The notes: generated by a model from the sequence alone, not told the origin. 64,000 bases of DNA from Eledone cirrhosa (GCA_964016885.1 OZ024750.1:14012001-14076000), one strand, 5' to 3'; counted from the first letter of the stretch, positions 14,607-27,717 are shown. Numbers and translations: made by a program.

Positions 14607-15037
14607 TATGAGGGTGTTAAAGTTTGCTTGAAGCATTGTGAAATGTGTAAAATACGTAGTTTAGAAAGCCACAACAATGCAGAGGGAAATCTCGAGGTAG
14701 GAAGTGAATGATAGATAGGAGAAACAGGAGAAAGTGAAAATTGAGAGAGACAAAGATGAAAACAAAACAAAGGTAGAAGGGTTACCGTAGTGGAGATTTA
14801 ATCCCAATATTTCGGGCTCACGCCCATTAGCCTGTTCCCCCCCTTTTGGAACTTTCCCCCGTTGATGGGCGTGAGCCCGAAATATTGGGATTAAATCTCC
14901 ACTACGGTAACCCTTCTACCTTTGTTTTGTTTTCATCTTTGTCTCTCTCAATTTTCACTTTCTCCTGTTTCTCCTATCTATCATTCACTTCCTACCTCGA
15001 GATTTCCCTCTGCATTGTTGTGGCTTTCTAAACTACG

Positions 15038-15044
<7 letters not shown>
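14607..15044. mobile_element. Family D head-to-head fold-back element in (TA)n
   Basis: ~180-bp inverted arms (14648-14827 / 14865-15044). Terminal motif aagtttgcttgaagcattgtg is shared with the 38-kb element. Confidence 0.75.
14855..14890 (+). ncRNA. Minimal hammerhead-like fold with variant core (family D)
   Basis: TCCC-CCGTTGA-T-GGGC gtga GCCC-GAAA TA TT-GGGA. Confidence 0.5.
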
Positions 15045-15124
<80 letters not shown>

Positions 15125-15125
<1 letters not shown>

Positions 15126-15330
15126 GTTATTCCGGGTTGAATCAGAGGTAACCACTGTAAGTAAGGTACTCAATACATACCAGAGTATAAAAGTTAGTAG
15201 AGATGAGATTCAACAGGACTAGAACTGTTTCATTCTTTAGAAATCATCAGGAATCAATCATCAGGAATCAGATTCCTGATGATTTTTAAAGAATGAAACA
15301 GTTCTAGTCCTGTATAATCTCATCTATATA
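15125..15330 (-). mobile_element. Family A fold-back hammerhead element in (TA)n
   Basis: Homologous to 9724-9897. CTGATGA core present on both strands (plus strand at 15276-15282). Short duplication aatcatcaggaatc at the pivot. Confidence 0.75.
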
Positions 15331-15399
15331 TATATATATATATTATATGTGTACACTATATATGTTATACATGCACATTATATATACATATATAAATAA

Positions 15400-15483
<84 letters not shown>

Positions 15484-15508
15484 TAATATATATATATGTA
15501 CGTATTGT

Positions 15509-15604
<96 letters not shown>

Positions 15605-16899
15605 TGGTATTTCACAACTCACTTATCTAATGTAACCCTATAATCAACAGCTTTGTTCTAGATAATGCGATGCTATTACCCTCTCGCTATCATTTCTTAA
15701 TTTCTGCAAAATTTCTTCATTCATTCTTTCCTTTATCCATTTACATTCATTCAGATATTGACAATTTACCACCAGGGAAAGTAACTAATAACTTATTCCT
15801 TCCTTGCAAGTGTTGTCTGCCATAAACAAAGTTCAAATGACTATCATTCATTTCTTCTTAGTTTTGTTACGCTTTCTGTTTTTCTCTTTTATTTCTATAA
15901 CCGCTATAGGCAGTCTACTCCCTAAATCATTCAGCCCAAGCACCCGTTATTGATACTGCTCTGCATATTTTCTTCTTCTCCTCTTCTCCCTCTCTCTGCC
16001 TTTGCCCACAGGAAATCTACCAGCTAGCGGACGATGACACCGAATTCTCTAGTTGAAGCCATGGGATTAGCGAAGGAAATTTCTATTGATTGAATTATTA
16101 ACCTGCTGACAAGTCTAGCATAAATAATTGATAATTATCGTGCGTATGTACGTGTGTATGTATTTCTGTTTGTATCTGATGTGTCTATGTGTTTGCATGT
16201 GTCTATTTGTTTGCATGTGTATTTGTGCATGTGTGTGTGCGTGTGTGTGGTGTGTTTACGTTTGCCTGTTGCTCTGATGCCATAGAAAGTAATGTAAATC
16301 ATTTATGAATGATAAAAGACGCCATAACAGTTCCTACCGACATTTAATTTAATTGTTAAAGCGTTACATTCGGAACTAGAGGAACTTGGTTTCGAATCCC
16401 ATTGCTTATCATTCGTTTAAGTAAAATGCAAATTTTAGGCAGTATAGCTTGGTGTAAATGTAGAAGTATTTCCTAGAGACTTTTCTCGTATTTATAGATA
16501 GTTACTGTTAGCATATTTAATGCGTGGGACATTAAACTTTCTACTGTTGATCCTGTAACTTATGATAGCGTCGTAGGATCACCGTATTCACATACAGCGT
16601 TTCTTCGGCATTTCAAGCCGGGTGGGGCCCATCTCTCTCCAGATCTTAGTACATAGTTCTAAGGGTGATTTATCAAGCCTCAATGTATTACAAGGCTGAC
16701 ACAAGGCAGGTACAACTTATTTTAAATGAGTTGTATATATGGATATTTATCATAACCTTCCATGACAATATGTTTAACAAACAAATTTATCCTTTCATAG
16801 AATGCCAATCTTTTTCAGGTGGCTTTACAGATCTGGTCATCTGGTTCCTCCAGCCTCATGGCAACGGGCCACTGTGATCTTCTATCTCTCTCTCTGATA

Positions 16900-17175
16900 A
16901 GGATTGGTGCTTGAAACCAGTTTGTCCTACACCTGCACAGATCATCTTTTAGGATTGATCTTCAGGTCTTCTTTGGTCTACCTTTTGGTCTTTTCTCACC
17001 AGCTGGCAACCATGACATTGCAGTTCTTGTTGGTATATTGTCCCTTATGTCCTGACAGCTACATTCTTCTGCTCTTGATGACAAGACTCAGACACGTGAC
17101 ATTGGCACTCACAAGCACATCTTCGTTTGTGATCTAGTCTTGCCATCTAGTGCCCAGCTCTGTAAGCCCGTTCCG
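16900..17175 (-). pseudogene. Degenerate RTE-clade LINE fragment
   Basis: Minus-strand LGTRWQD*ITNEDVL...KSRRM*LSGH resembles the RTE W.D.ITNEEVL...RR..GH region. Confidence 0.55.
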
Positions 17176-17246
17176 TATCTGTCAATCCTACGCAACTATC
17201 AATGTATACTGCAGCAAGTTGTTATTTATCTACTGACGTCACATAT

Positions 17247-17692
17247 AGTTATGATGGTGGTGGAGTTATGATGGTGGTGGAGTTATGATGGTGGTGGTGT
17301 TATGATGGTGGTGGTGTTATGATGGTGGTGGAGTTATGATGGTGGTGGAGTTATGATGGTGGTGGAGTTGTGATGGTGGTGGAGTTATGATGGTGGTGGT
17401 GTTATGATGCTTGTGGAGTTATGATGGTGGTGGTGTTATGATGGTGGTGGAGTTATGATGGTGGTGGAGTTATGATGGTGGTGGAGTTATGATGGTGGTG
17501 GAGTTGTGATGGTGGTGGAGTTATGATGGTGGTGGTGTTATGATGCTTGTGGAGTTATGATGGTGGTGGTGTTATGATGGTGGTGGAGTTATGATGGTGG
17601 TGGAGTTATGATGGTGGTGGAGTTATGATGGTGGTGGTGTTATGATGGTGGTGGAGTTATGATGGTGGTGGAGTTATGATGGTGGTGGAGTT
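17247..17692. repeat. 17-bp minisatellite (GTTATGATGGTGGTGGA)n
   Basis: About 26 units read directly. Variant units recur at 136-bp spacing. Confidence 0.9.
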
Positions 17693-18847
17693 ATCTACCT
17701 TAGTTTGGCCACGGTGATAACACACTGGCGAGCATATGATACGAACAGCTGACATTTTAGTTAACCGGCCGATCACACACATACACACACACAGCGACAG
17801 ACACACACACACACACTCACACACATAGACATACACAGACACAGACACAGACACATAGATACACACACACTGAGACACACACACACCCACACAGACATAC
17901 GCACACACAGACACACACAGACACATAGAGACACACACATACAGAGACATACATACATACAGACAGACAGACAGACGCACACACACATACACACACATAC
18001 ACACAGACAGACAGACAGACACAGGGACAGACACAGACTGACACATAGAGACACACACAGACTGACACATAGAGACACACACTGAGACACACACATACAT
18101 AGACACACACATACACACAGACAGACTGACACACACACACACACACAGACAGAGTAAACCGTAGATAGCTCTATTTATTGAGAGTGGATAATTATTAATG
18201 TTCAAATTCATTTAAATCGATGCTTAAATTCGCAAACCCCATGTTGATAGTTTGGCACTTTATTCTAGCAAAATCTTCCGCGTCCAATCTGTTTTAGTGC
18301 CAGAATCTGCCAACTCGTTTCATTAATTTATTATCGTTTAGGCTACAGCTTCCTCAACAATTAAGAGACTTAGCAAGAATTACAACTTGCCCCGTTAGAC
18401 CAGGTACAATACCTTGTATTTTACAGGTATGGGTGGTGGTATCTTAACGCTTTTCACAAGTGTATTAATCTTATGAAATGACTTTAACTTGGGATTGAAA
18501 CCGTCGTTATATTATTTAATCTAACTAGCAAATGGAATGATAATTTTCTCTACAAACTTTCTCTCTCAAAAACACCTCTATATCTCCCTGCTTCATACGT
18601 AGAAAAACCTCATCATCATCATATATATATATATATTCTCAGATGTGAGAAAAACCACAGACCCTCCATCTCAACTCACCTTTTGAAAAGCAGAAGAACT
18701 GCGAAACCGGTAAAAGAACCAAATAAATATATATATTTAAAAAAAAAATAAGACTCCAGTTGCATTTTCGATTTCATCTCTTTTTCTTTATACTTTCACT
18801 CGTGTAGGACACCTCGGTTATTTTTCATTTTGTAAAAAAAACCTCAC

Positions 18848-18932
<85 letters not shown>

Positions 18933-19117
18933 GGTTTGAGATTCACCACTGGATAGAGCTGGTCAATTCCGTATGGTCAATCTTAATGTAATAATATGGA
19001 GAGTACTCAACGTAAAGCAGTTCAACCGTCTTTGTTTTTGTAGTTGGTGGTGCTAGTACGGAGTTAAATATTATATTGAAATAACAGGAGGCTGGACTTG
19101 TGTAAATCCTTGAAAGG

Positions 19118-19196
19118 TTTATTATACTATGATCATTTCAATGACCGGGTTCCGTATGAATCCGGTGATATCATCAGGTATTCGAAATATAATAAA
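19118..19196 (-). ncRNA. Type I hammerhead ribozyme with palindromic stem III
   Basis: Minus strand: ATAC-CTGATGA-TATCACCGGATTC atacg GAACCCGGTCATT-GAAA TGATCA TA-GTAT. Stem I is extended by TTTATT/AATAAA. Confidence 0.8.
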
Positions 19197-19253
19197 TGAA
19201 TGTAATAGATAAAATCCATCCAGTCTTTGATTTTCATCCCCATGGATTTTATC

Positions 19254-19288
<35 letters not shown>

Positions 19289-19542
19289 CGCGCGTGTGTG
19301 TGTATGAGTGTGTGTGTGTGTGTGTGTGTGTTAAGTATTTCCGTAGAAAAGGTAAAGGAAAGAAGAGTGCTCTATGTATAGTACAGAGCTATTTAATTAT
19401 GTAATAAACAACACAATATATATATATATATATATACATATATATTACATACAACAATACAACACAATATAATGTATTCATGTATATACACATATATATG
19501 CATATACATATATGTACATACATATATATGTGTGTGTGTTTA

Positions 19543-19625
<83 letters not shown>

Positions 19626-20291
19626 ATATATACACACATACATATATATACATAGATACGTATATATAGTGAATCGCCGTATATATCGAAACATTGTATT
19701 AATTTTGGACAAGGCGCAATATTATAATAACTTTATAAATGACAAATAAAACAGGTTAGGCTTTCGATAATGTGATTGACATGAAATGGCAATCAATGGG
19801 ACGATATAGCTGTAGGAATGACATTAAATCTGGTCGTGGATACAGCTTGGTTCATACTCTACGGTGCTGTATGTTTATAGGGAAATAGATACAAGATTAT
19901 ATGACATTCATGCTTAGCTCAAGGGAGTTAATAACGTCTAAGAAAATACGAAGGTTGAATCTAAAAATTCAAACCCGTGTTGTGAATTCGGCTCCCAGCA
20001 TCGACGACGACGAAGACATCAACAACAATAGCAACACCAATAAAAGGGATGATAAAGCGTTCTAAAAAATAAAGAACATAAAAAAAAATGTCTGCTAGAA
20101 AAGAACAAGCCTACGGTCCAATGTATATCGAATTACACCAGTGAAAGGTGAAATATGGCGCATGTAATTTGAGTTAATTAGACGGAGGTGTGAGAGTAAG
20201 CTATGAACCTAAACTGTACCATCTGCGATTTCACTAGATATACACACATATATATATATACACACATATATATATATACATACATATATAA

Positions 20292-20368
<77 letters not shown>

Positions 20369-20382
20369 AATATATATATATA

Positions 20383-20437
<55 letters not shown>

Positions 20438-20486
20438 ATATAAATATATATATATATAAATATATATATATAAATATATATATATA

Positions 20487-20584
<98 letters not shown>

Positions 20585-20692
20585 TATATATATATAAATA
20601 TATATATATAAATATATATATATAAATATATATATATAAATATATATATATATAAATATATATATATAAATATATATATATAAATATATATA

Positions 20693-20739
<47 letters not shown>

Positions 20740-20893
20740 TTATATATATATATATTTATATATTTATATATATATGTATGTATATATATATATATATATA
20801 TATATAAACACACTTTTACTTTCTCACACATGCACACATCATTTTGGTGTTGTATATCTTGCGGTAATGGTGGTGGTGGTGGTGGTGGTGGTG

Positions 20894-20971
<78 letters not shown>

Positions 20972-20984
20972 TCACACACGCACG

Positions 20985-21055
<71 letters not shown>

Positions 21056-21179
21056 GCACACACACATTCACACACGCACACATATCGTCTAAGTGTTGTA
21101 TATGTTGCGGTAATGGTGGCGGTGGCGGCAGTGCCAAAGGCGAGGTCAAATATGTCAGCGAGAGCGACAACCACTGCTG

Positions 21180-21510
21180 TCCCCCCCACCTCGTCACCCC
21201 CAGCACCACCAGCACCACCAGCGCCACCAGCAGCAGCAGCACCATCCTCATTGTCACGCCACCCCCACCTCGTCACCACCAGCACCACCAGCGCCACTAT
21301 CAGCAGCAGCACCATCCTCATTGTCACGCCACCCCCACCTCGTCACCACCAGCACCACCAGCGCCACCACCAGCAGCAGCACCATCCTCATTGTCACGCC
21401 ACCCCCACCTCGTCACCCCCAGCACCACCAGCGCCACCACCACCACCACCACCAGCAGCAGCACCATCCTCATTGTCACGCCACCCCCACCTCGTCACCA
21501 CCAGCACCAC
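21180..21510. repeat. ~70-90-bp CAC/CAG-rich tandem repeat, 4 copies
   Basis: gcagcaccatcctcattgtcacgccacccccacctcgtcacc repeated. Confidence 0.85.
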
Positions 21511-21984
21511 CATCGCCAGCTCCACTGCATTACCACCTGCGCCCCCACCATCACCACCAACACCACCGTCATCACCAGCAGCACCCGTATCACCACCAAC
21601 ACTACCACCAACAACATTCAATTATGTCTCATTATATGCTTTATGGCATAGGGTTACGCCCCTTTACGATCAGAGTTCAAGTTCCGCCGATGTTAGCTTT
21701 GCCTTTCATAAAATAAAGCACCAGTAATGCACTGGGGGAGATTTAACCGACCCCCCCCCCCCCCTCCCCATAAATTGCTGGCCTTGAGCCTAAAGTAGAA
21801 ACAGTTACTATCTAGAGTTCAACTTAGCATTTCATTCTTCCGGGGTCGATAAAATAAATTACCAATTAAATAACTGGATTGATATAATCAACTTTGATCT
21901 TCATCGATATTTGCTGGCCTTGTGCCTAAATTAGAAATCAATAATTATTTCTTACATTTTATTTTTTTGACGTTGGAGACTTAT

Positions 21985-22190
21985 TATGTCGTCGTCTTCG
22001 CTGCTTTTTCGCTCGTTGGGCAAGATGCGCGTCTCAAAGAGCGCAGCCATTCTTTATCTGCCCTCTTCAGGCACTGCGGTCTATAGTCAGATCGTGCTAT
22101 CTTGAGAGGTTGAAGCCGAAGGCGGTCAGATTCTCTTTAATGCAGCCCTGCCAGCGCTTCCGTGGGCAGTCTCAGCTTCTCTTGCCACTT
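21985..22190 (-). pseudogene. RTE-clade LINE C-terminal remnant
   Basis: SGKRS*DCPRKRWQGCIKENL...DRSA*RGQIKNG. Confidence 0.6.
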
Positions 22191-22338
22191 ACTAATTCAA
22201 AGCATACAAGATCCTGAATGATACTTAAGAAACCAACACCAGTTCAATATTATGTACTCAACATATCTTTGTCAAGGACACTAAAGATTTTGTAATGTGA
22301 ATGTTGACATTTCATGGTCATTGTTACCACCACTATAA

Positions 22339-22556
22339 GGGTGGTAGATTGGCAGTATCGGTAGAGGGTCGTACGTCATGCTTTGCAGCATAGAGTTACA
22401 GTCCTTTATGATCTGAGTTCAAATCCCGCCGAGGTTAACTTTGCCTTTCATCCTTATAGGGTCGATAAAATTAAGTACCAGTAATGTACTGGGGTCGATT
22501 TAATCGACTTTCACTTCCCCGAAATTGCTGGCCTTGTGCCTATATAAGAAACCATT
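22339..22556 (+). mobile_element. tRNA-derived SINE with Nin-like central domain (representative full copy)
   Basis: Box A-like tggcagtatcgg, box B gagttcaaatccc, conserved tttcatcctt..ggggtcgataaaataaagtaccag. Other copies near 4830, 7410(-), 10545(-), 10700, 12790(-), 14280(-), 21640, 34310, 34540, 35780, 44972, 45205(-), 45585, 46053(-), 47883(-), 52750, 55118, 55612, 57540 and 62848. Confidence 0.85.
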
Positions 22557-22956
22557 GTTACTACCACTACCACCACCACCACCACCACCACCACCACCAC
22601 CACCACCACTATTAATATCCCCACCACACAAACCACTACCACAATTTTCAACACCACCTCTACCACTACCACCACCCTAAAAACCACCATCCTCACCCTA
22701 CAAAACCATTTCAACACCATCAGTACCACCATCACCACCATACAAACCACTACCACCATTTTTAACACTACCACGACTTACAGCATCAGCACCTCCAACA
22801 TATCCAGCAGCATCATTGCTCCCACCATTATTAACCCACTCCCCCCACCAACATCAACACCACCACCACCACCACCACCACCACCACCCAGCTATTGTCA
22901 CTCTATGTTGTTAGCGGCCTTCAGTCCTCTACCGTTTCAACGTCATCATTATCAAG

Positions 22957-22992
<36 letters not shown>

Positions 22993-23031
22993 CTCTTGAA
23001 TGACGTACGTCCATGTTTACGCCTAATGTTG

Positions 23032-23077
<46 letters not shown>

Positions 23078-23202
23078 CATCTATCTATCTATCTATCTAC
23101 CTATCTATCTATCTATCCATCTATCTATCTATCTATCTATCTATCCATCTATCTATCTATCTATCTACCTATCTATCTATCTATCTATCCATCTATCTAT
23201 CT

Positions 23203-25548
23203 CGCGTGACAGAGGCCAACAGTGGAACTAAATCCACCATCCGGTCTTTGCGAGACCTGGATGGACGGGCGATTCTTGAGCCTAAGCAGATGTGTGAGGC
23301 CTTTCAAAGGCACTTTTCCCGACTGTTCGGGAGGGGCGGGGAGCCGGTTGGAAACGTGGACTTCGGTCCATACCTCGACGGCCTGCCGCGCCTCTCGGAC
23401 AGGGAGGCGAAGTCTTGCGAGGAGCCGATTTCGGCCGCTGAGATAGAGGACGTGCTGGGCCAATGCGGCAAACGCAAATCCCCGGGTCTCGATGGTCTTC
23501 CTTACGAATTATATCTAGCTATGCCGGACTTGTTCCCCGATCTCCTCGAGGCGGTCTACTGCAACTGGCAACAGAACGGGAGAATTCCCTGTACTGTGAC
23601 CAAGGGCGTAGTCACGCTAGTGAGGAAGGACGAGAACAAGGGGGACGAAATAAGTAACTTCAGGCCCATAACTCTGCTAAATACAGAGTTACAGATTTTG
23701 GCCAAGGTGCTAGCAAAGAGGTTGGCGCTTGTCGTGGGCAACCTGGTGGGAGATGCGCAGACATGCGCTATCCCGTCCAGGTCCATCCATGACAACCTCC
23801 ACCTCATGCGATACATCATAGAGAGGGTTGGGAACGAACCCGGCTTTGGTGGGGCTCTGATCAACTTGGATCAATCTAAGGCGTTCGATAGGGTCGACCA
23901 TGGTTACCTGGATGCGGTGCTAGCGGCGGCAGGCTTCGGACCCGTTTTCAGGGGCTGGATCACTGCTATGCACAGCAGCCGCATCTGCTCTAGGGTCAAG
24001 GTGAACGGCTACCTCTCGGAGCCGTTCAAAATCGCGCGGTCCATCCGACAAGGGTGCCCTCTCTCCTCCCTTCTGTATGTGTTGACTCTCGAGCCACTAC
24101 TGCGGAAGTTGGAGTTGTTGCAGGGCATCCCTTTGGAACCGGGATTGCGGAAAGCGGTGTCGGCCTACGCCGATGATGTGACAGTAATGGTGTCGACGGC
24201 CTCCGAAATCGAGGCGGTCGGCACCTTACTGGAGGAGTACGAAAAGTTCACAGGGGCTAAGCTGAACCGGGACAAGTCGATCGGTTTGCAACTCGGCACG
24301 TGGAGGGGCAGACCGATGCCCTCCGATGGCGTCGTCGGACGCTGGACGGAGGGCCCGGTGAAGTTGCTCGGGGTCTGGTTCGGACCGGACCTCCAGGTGG
24401 AGAAAAACTGGGCGGAGGTTACGAACAGGGTGTTTGCACTGACCCAGAAGTGGGCCAGTTGCAAACTATCCATGAAAGGTCGGGCGGAGGTGGCGAACAC
24501 TTATATAGCGTCCGTCATCTACTACCGCCTGACCGTAGTGCCCTGCCCAAGGGAAACCCTCACCAAGATGGAGCGCGCGCTCTTCCAATTCCTTTGGAAG
24601 GGGCGGGCTCCTATGGTGAGGAGATCCATCTGCTGTCAACACCCTTCGAAAGGAGGGCTGGGGATGCCGTGGCTAATGATGCGTAAACACGCATTAAGGC
24701 TACGGCACCTCTACGTATTCCTCACCGGACAACCGGTGTGGGCCTCGTTTGTGAGACGAACCTTTCCCAGACTCGTCTCACTCACCGAGCTGCAATCCTG
24801 GGTCAAGCAAAGACCGAGAAAACTGGGCGCCTGGCACACTGAGTGTGCCCAGGCGCTCACCGCCCTCTGGCAGGCGGATCCGGTTATCAGTGGAGACTCC
24901 ACCGCAACATTCTATAGAGGGCTGGTACGCAGCAGGTGCGACGACGCCCTCGGAGAAGCCCTAGACATGGAGGAGGACGAACTGGCCAGCCTGTTCGGTA
25001 GGACATTCAGCCCGGGACCTATGGACAACTTCCAGAAGTCCCTGGCCTGGCAGTGCTACCGAGGGGCTTTACCCGTTCGAGAAAGGCTCTACAGACACGG
25101 GCGCCCGGGTAGGGACCCCGCCAAAAAGATCTGTCCCAGATGCGTGTGCGACGAGGAAACCGTTGCACACGCATTGGTACACTGCTCGGGCGTAGCCGAT
25201 CTGTGGGGCTATGTCGAACAACTGCTGTCAAGGGTGGGACCGATCCGGTTGACCACCGAGTCTATTGTAATGATCAAGCCGCCTCCCCCCTTCAAAGATG
25301 AAGCAGAGGCGGTGTTTCTGTGCGTAATAGCCATGGCGAAAGAGGTTGTATGGTGGACGCGTCTGAAAGGACTGAGGTCGGGCACCTTTCTCTCTGGCCA
25401 ACAACTGGTCCGTTTCTTCCGATATCATTTCGGAAGAAGGATCAGGATGGAGAGAGAGGTGCTGCACCCCAGCCGTTTCTATGAAAGATGGGTGAAAGTG
25501 GCGAGAATGGCCCGTGTGAATGGGCCTTCACTCTACATCAGACTATAG
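23203..25548 (+). CDS. Tx1/L1-clade non-LTR retrotransposon ORF2 (reverse transcriptase + CCHC zinc knuckle), 5'-truncated
   Basis: About 780 uninterrupted codons with [38 protein letters not shown] and CPRC-x8-H-x4-C. No endonuclease domain is present. The N-terminal IYLS repeats in the ORF track are only the flanking microsatellite. Confidence 0.93.
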   Translation, partial: RVTEANSGTKSTIRSLRDLDGRAILEPKQMCEAFQRHFSRLFGRGGEPVGNVDFGPYLDGLPRLSDREAKSCEEPISAAEIEDVLGQCGKRKSPGLDGLPYELYLAMPDLFPDLLEAVYCNWQQNGRIPCTVTKGVVTLVRKDENKGDEISNFRPITLLNTELQILAKVLAKRLALVVGNLVGDAQTCAIPSRSIHDNLHLMRYIIERVGNEPGFGGALINLDQSKAFDRVDHGYLDAVLAAAGFGPVFRGWITAMHSSRICSRVKVNGYLSEPFKIARSIRQGCPLSSLLYVLTLEPLLRKLELLQGIPLEPGLRKAVSAYADDVTVMVSTASEIEAVGTLLEEYEKFTGAKLNRDKSIGLQLGTWRGRPMPSDGVVGRWTEGPVKLLGVWFGPDLQVEKNWAEVTNRVFALTQKWASCKLSMKGRAEVANTYIASVIYYRLTVVPCPRETLTKMERALFQFLWKGRAPMVRRSICCQHPSKGGLGMPWLMMRKHALRLRHLYVFLTGQPVWASFVRRTFPRLVSLTELQSWVKQRPRKLGAWHTECAQALTALWQADPVISGDSTATFYRGLVRSRCDDALGEALDMEEDELASLFGRTFSPGPMDNFQKSLAWQCYRGALPVRERLYRHGRPGRDPAKKICPRCVCDEETVAHALVHCSGVADLWGYVEQLLSRVGPIRLTTESIVMIKPPPPFKDEAEAVFLCVIAMAKEVVWWTRLKGLRSGTFLSGQQLVRFFRYHFGRRIRMEREVLHPSRFYERWVKVARMARVNGPSLYIRL

Positions 25549-25812
25549 GTGAGGAAGATGAAAGACCAAGGGAGCACCCCTTCTCTGTGCTCCTGAGGAG
25601 AAGGGTTGCACACTTTTTTCGGGGGTGTGTGCGACCCCCCAAGGCGCCTCCTCTCTATTGAGGATTTTGTTAAAAATGTTATTTTTTGTTATATCTTATT
25701 TTATTTTTATATTTTGTTATTGCCTCCTCCTTATTGAGGACGCCTTTTTGTGTAAACTCCCCCCTTTGTACTTGTCCCACTTTTGATGCCCTAGTGGCAA
25801 ATAAAAGAAATA
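23203..25812 (+). mobile_element. Tx1-like LINE (subfamily A) inserted in (ATCT)n
   Basis: ORF2 plus ~260 bp 3' UTR ending ...ctagtggcaaataaaagaaa. (ATCT)n lies on both sides (23033-23202 and 25812-26108). Confidence 0.9.
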
Positions 25813-25953
25813 TATCTATCTATCCATCTATCTATCTATCTATCTACCTATCTATCCATCTATCTATCTATCTATCTATCCATCTATCTATCTATCTATC
25901 TACCTATCTATCCATCTATCCATCTATCTATCTATCTATCTATCCATCTATCC

Positions 25954-26003
<50 letters not shown>

Positions 26004-26062
26004 ATATCTATCTATCTATCTATCTATCTATCCATCTATCTATCTATCTATCTACCTATCTA

Positions 26063-26093
<31 letters not shown>

Positions 26094-26876
26094 ATCTACC
26101 TATCTATCATCGCTGTGAATATTCTCTAATGAACTTCAAAATTCCATCTATTTTCTCAGTGTCTTTAGCGCAGCTATTCTAATAGACATTTAATGTACTC
26201 ATCTTTCATCCAGCCTCTAGAATTAGCAGCTGAGTCGCACCGATGCCTTTCTGGCTTCCATTTTGCTTTTTCTTGTCAGAAACCATTATTTTTCAATGCA
26301 TTTTTCATTTCAGGGTGTCGTCTCTACTCAAGGTCATACATTCGATTAACTAGCTTAACTTCACTGTGTTTTGAGGCCGTCAACAAGAAGTGATTCATAG
26401 AGACATTGCCTAGATATCATCACCATCATCATCATTATTATCGTCACCATCATCGCTATCGTCATCGTCATCATCACCATCATCACCATCATCATCGCTA
26501 TCGTCATCATCACCACCATCATCATCATCACCATCATCACTATCAGGTCACCAAAATAGAAGTTTTACAATAATTAGTTTCGTTCATTGCTTTCTGCCGT
26601 CTCTCCGGATTCAATAACATTAACATTATATAAAAGACGATGGGTTATCAGAATCATTAGAGCGTTCGGTAAAATGTCTTGCTGCCTTTGTTACGGTTCT
26701 TTATGATCTTCTGAGTCTACTGATAACAACACTGGTACCAAGTATATCGGCCCTGGTATTTTCTTTCGACGCCATTACTGTTACGGAAAAGGGAGTCATT
26801 TTGTATAAAACAAATAAAACATTGCTCAGGCCTGTGACACGGAGAGGAGCTGTCCCCTAGTATATATATGGTTAGT

Positions 26877-27172
26877 GTGGAGGTACGTAGCCTAGTGGTA
26901 AGGGTGTTGAACTTACGATCGTAATGTTGTGGGTTCAATTCATGTACTGGGTTGTGTGTTGTGTTCTTGAACAAAACTCTTCATTTCACGTAGCTTCAGT
27001 AAACTCAGCTGAAAACGAGTACCAGCAATAGCTGGGGATTTAACCATGCGATGGACTGGCGTCCTGTCCAGGGGGAAGTTTTGTACTCTCAGTCGCTTTA
27101 TGCCACAGAAACCGGGATAAGCACCGGCCTGATGATCCTCCGGGTTTGAGATAGACTTTAGATAGACTTTAG
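26877..27172 (+). mobile_element. Second tRNA-derived SINE family (Meta/V-domain-like)
   Basis: tagcctagtggtaa box A, ggttcaattc box B, gtgttcttgaacaaaactctt, gcgatggactggcgtcctgtccagggg, and an agacttt tail. Minus-strand relatives at ~13055-13230, 33935-34175 and 62520-62780. Confidence 0.7.
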
Positions 27173-27682
27173 ACTTGGATATATGGTCAATTCGGAGAAT
27201 AACAAGAAGAAAAAAAAGTACTCCTTCTCTAATGAAAAAAAAAAAAAAAAATACCTTTATGATTAATCAAAAAGAACAAATACCTTGAATTCTTTTTTTA
27301 AACTAAAAATTCCATCCACTTGTACATTCTATGAATCTAGTCACAACAACAACAACAACAACGACGACGGCAACAACAACAACAACAATAGTCAGAAGAA
27401 CTAACGCTGACAGTAAAAGAATTCTAACACTTATAACGACAGAGAGAAATATAAAGCTAATGTAATTCCTAAAAGAAAAGTAAAACCATATTTCACGAAG
27501 AACACATCACGACAGTTCTATAGATTGGTTTATTAAATATTCACAAACATTCACAAACACAAAATAATGTTGTAAGAAATAGCAACAACAGTAACAAGAA
27601 CAAAGAGAATTACAACGAATACGAAAAATATCTGACAACCAACAATATTGAAGAGTGACGTATGATAATAATATTGATAATA

Positions 27683-27717
<35 letters not shown>

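Noticed and set aside
22996-23202. N-terminal extension of the 850-aa ORF
   Set aside because: Read-through of the flanking (ATCT)n tract, not part of ORF2.
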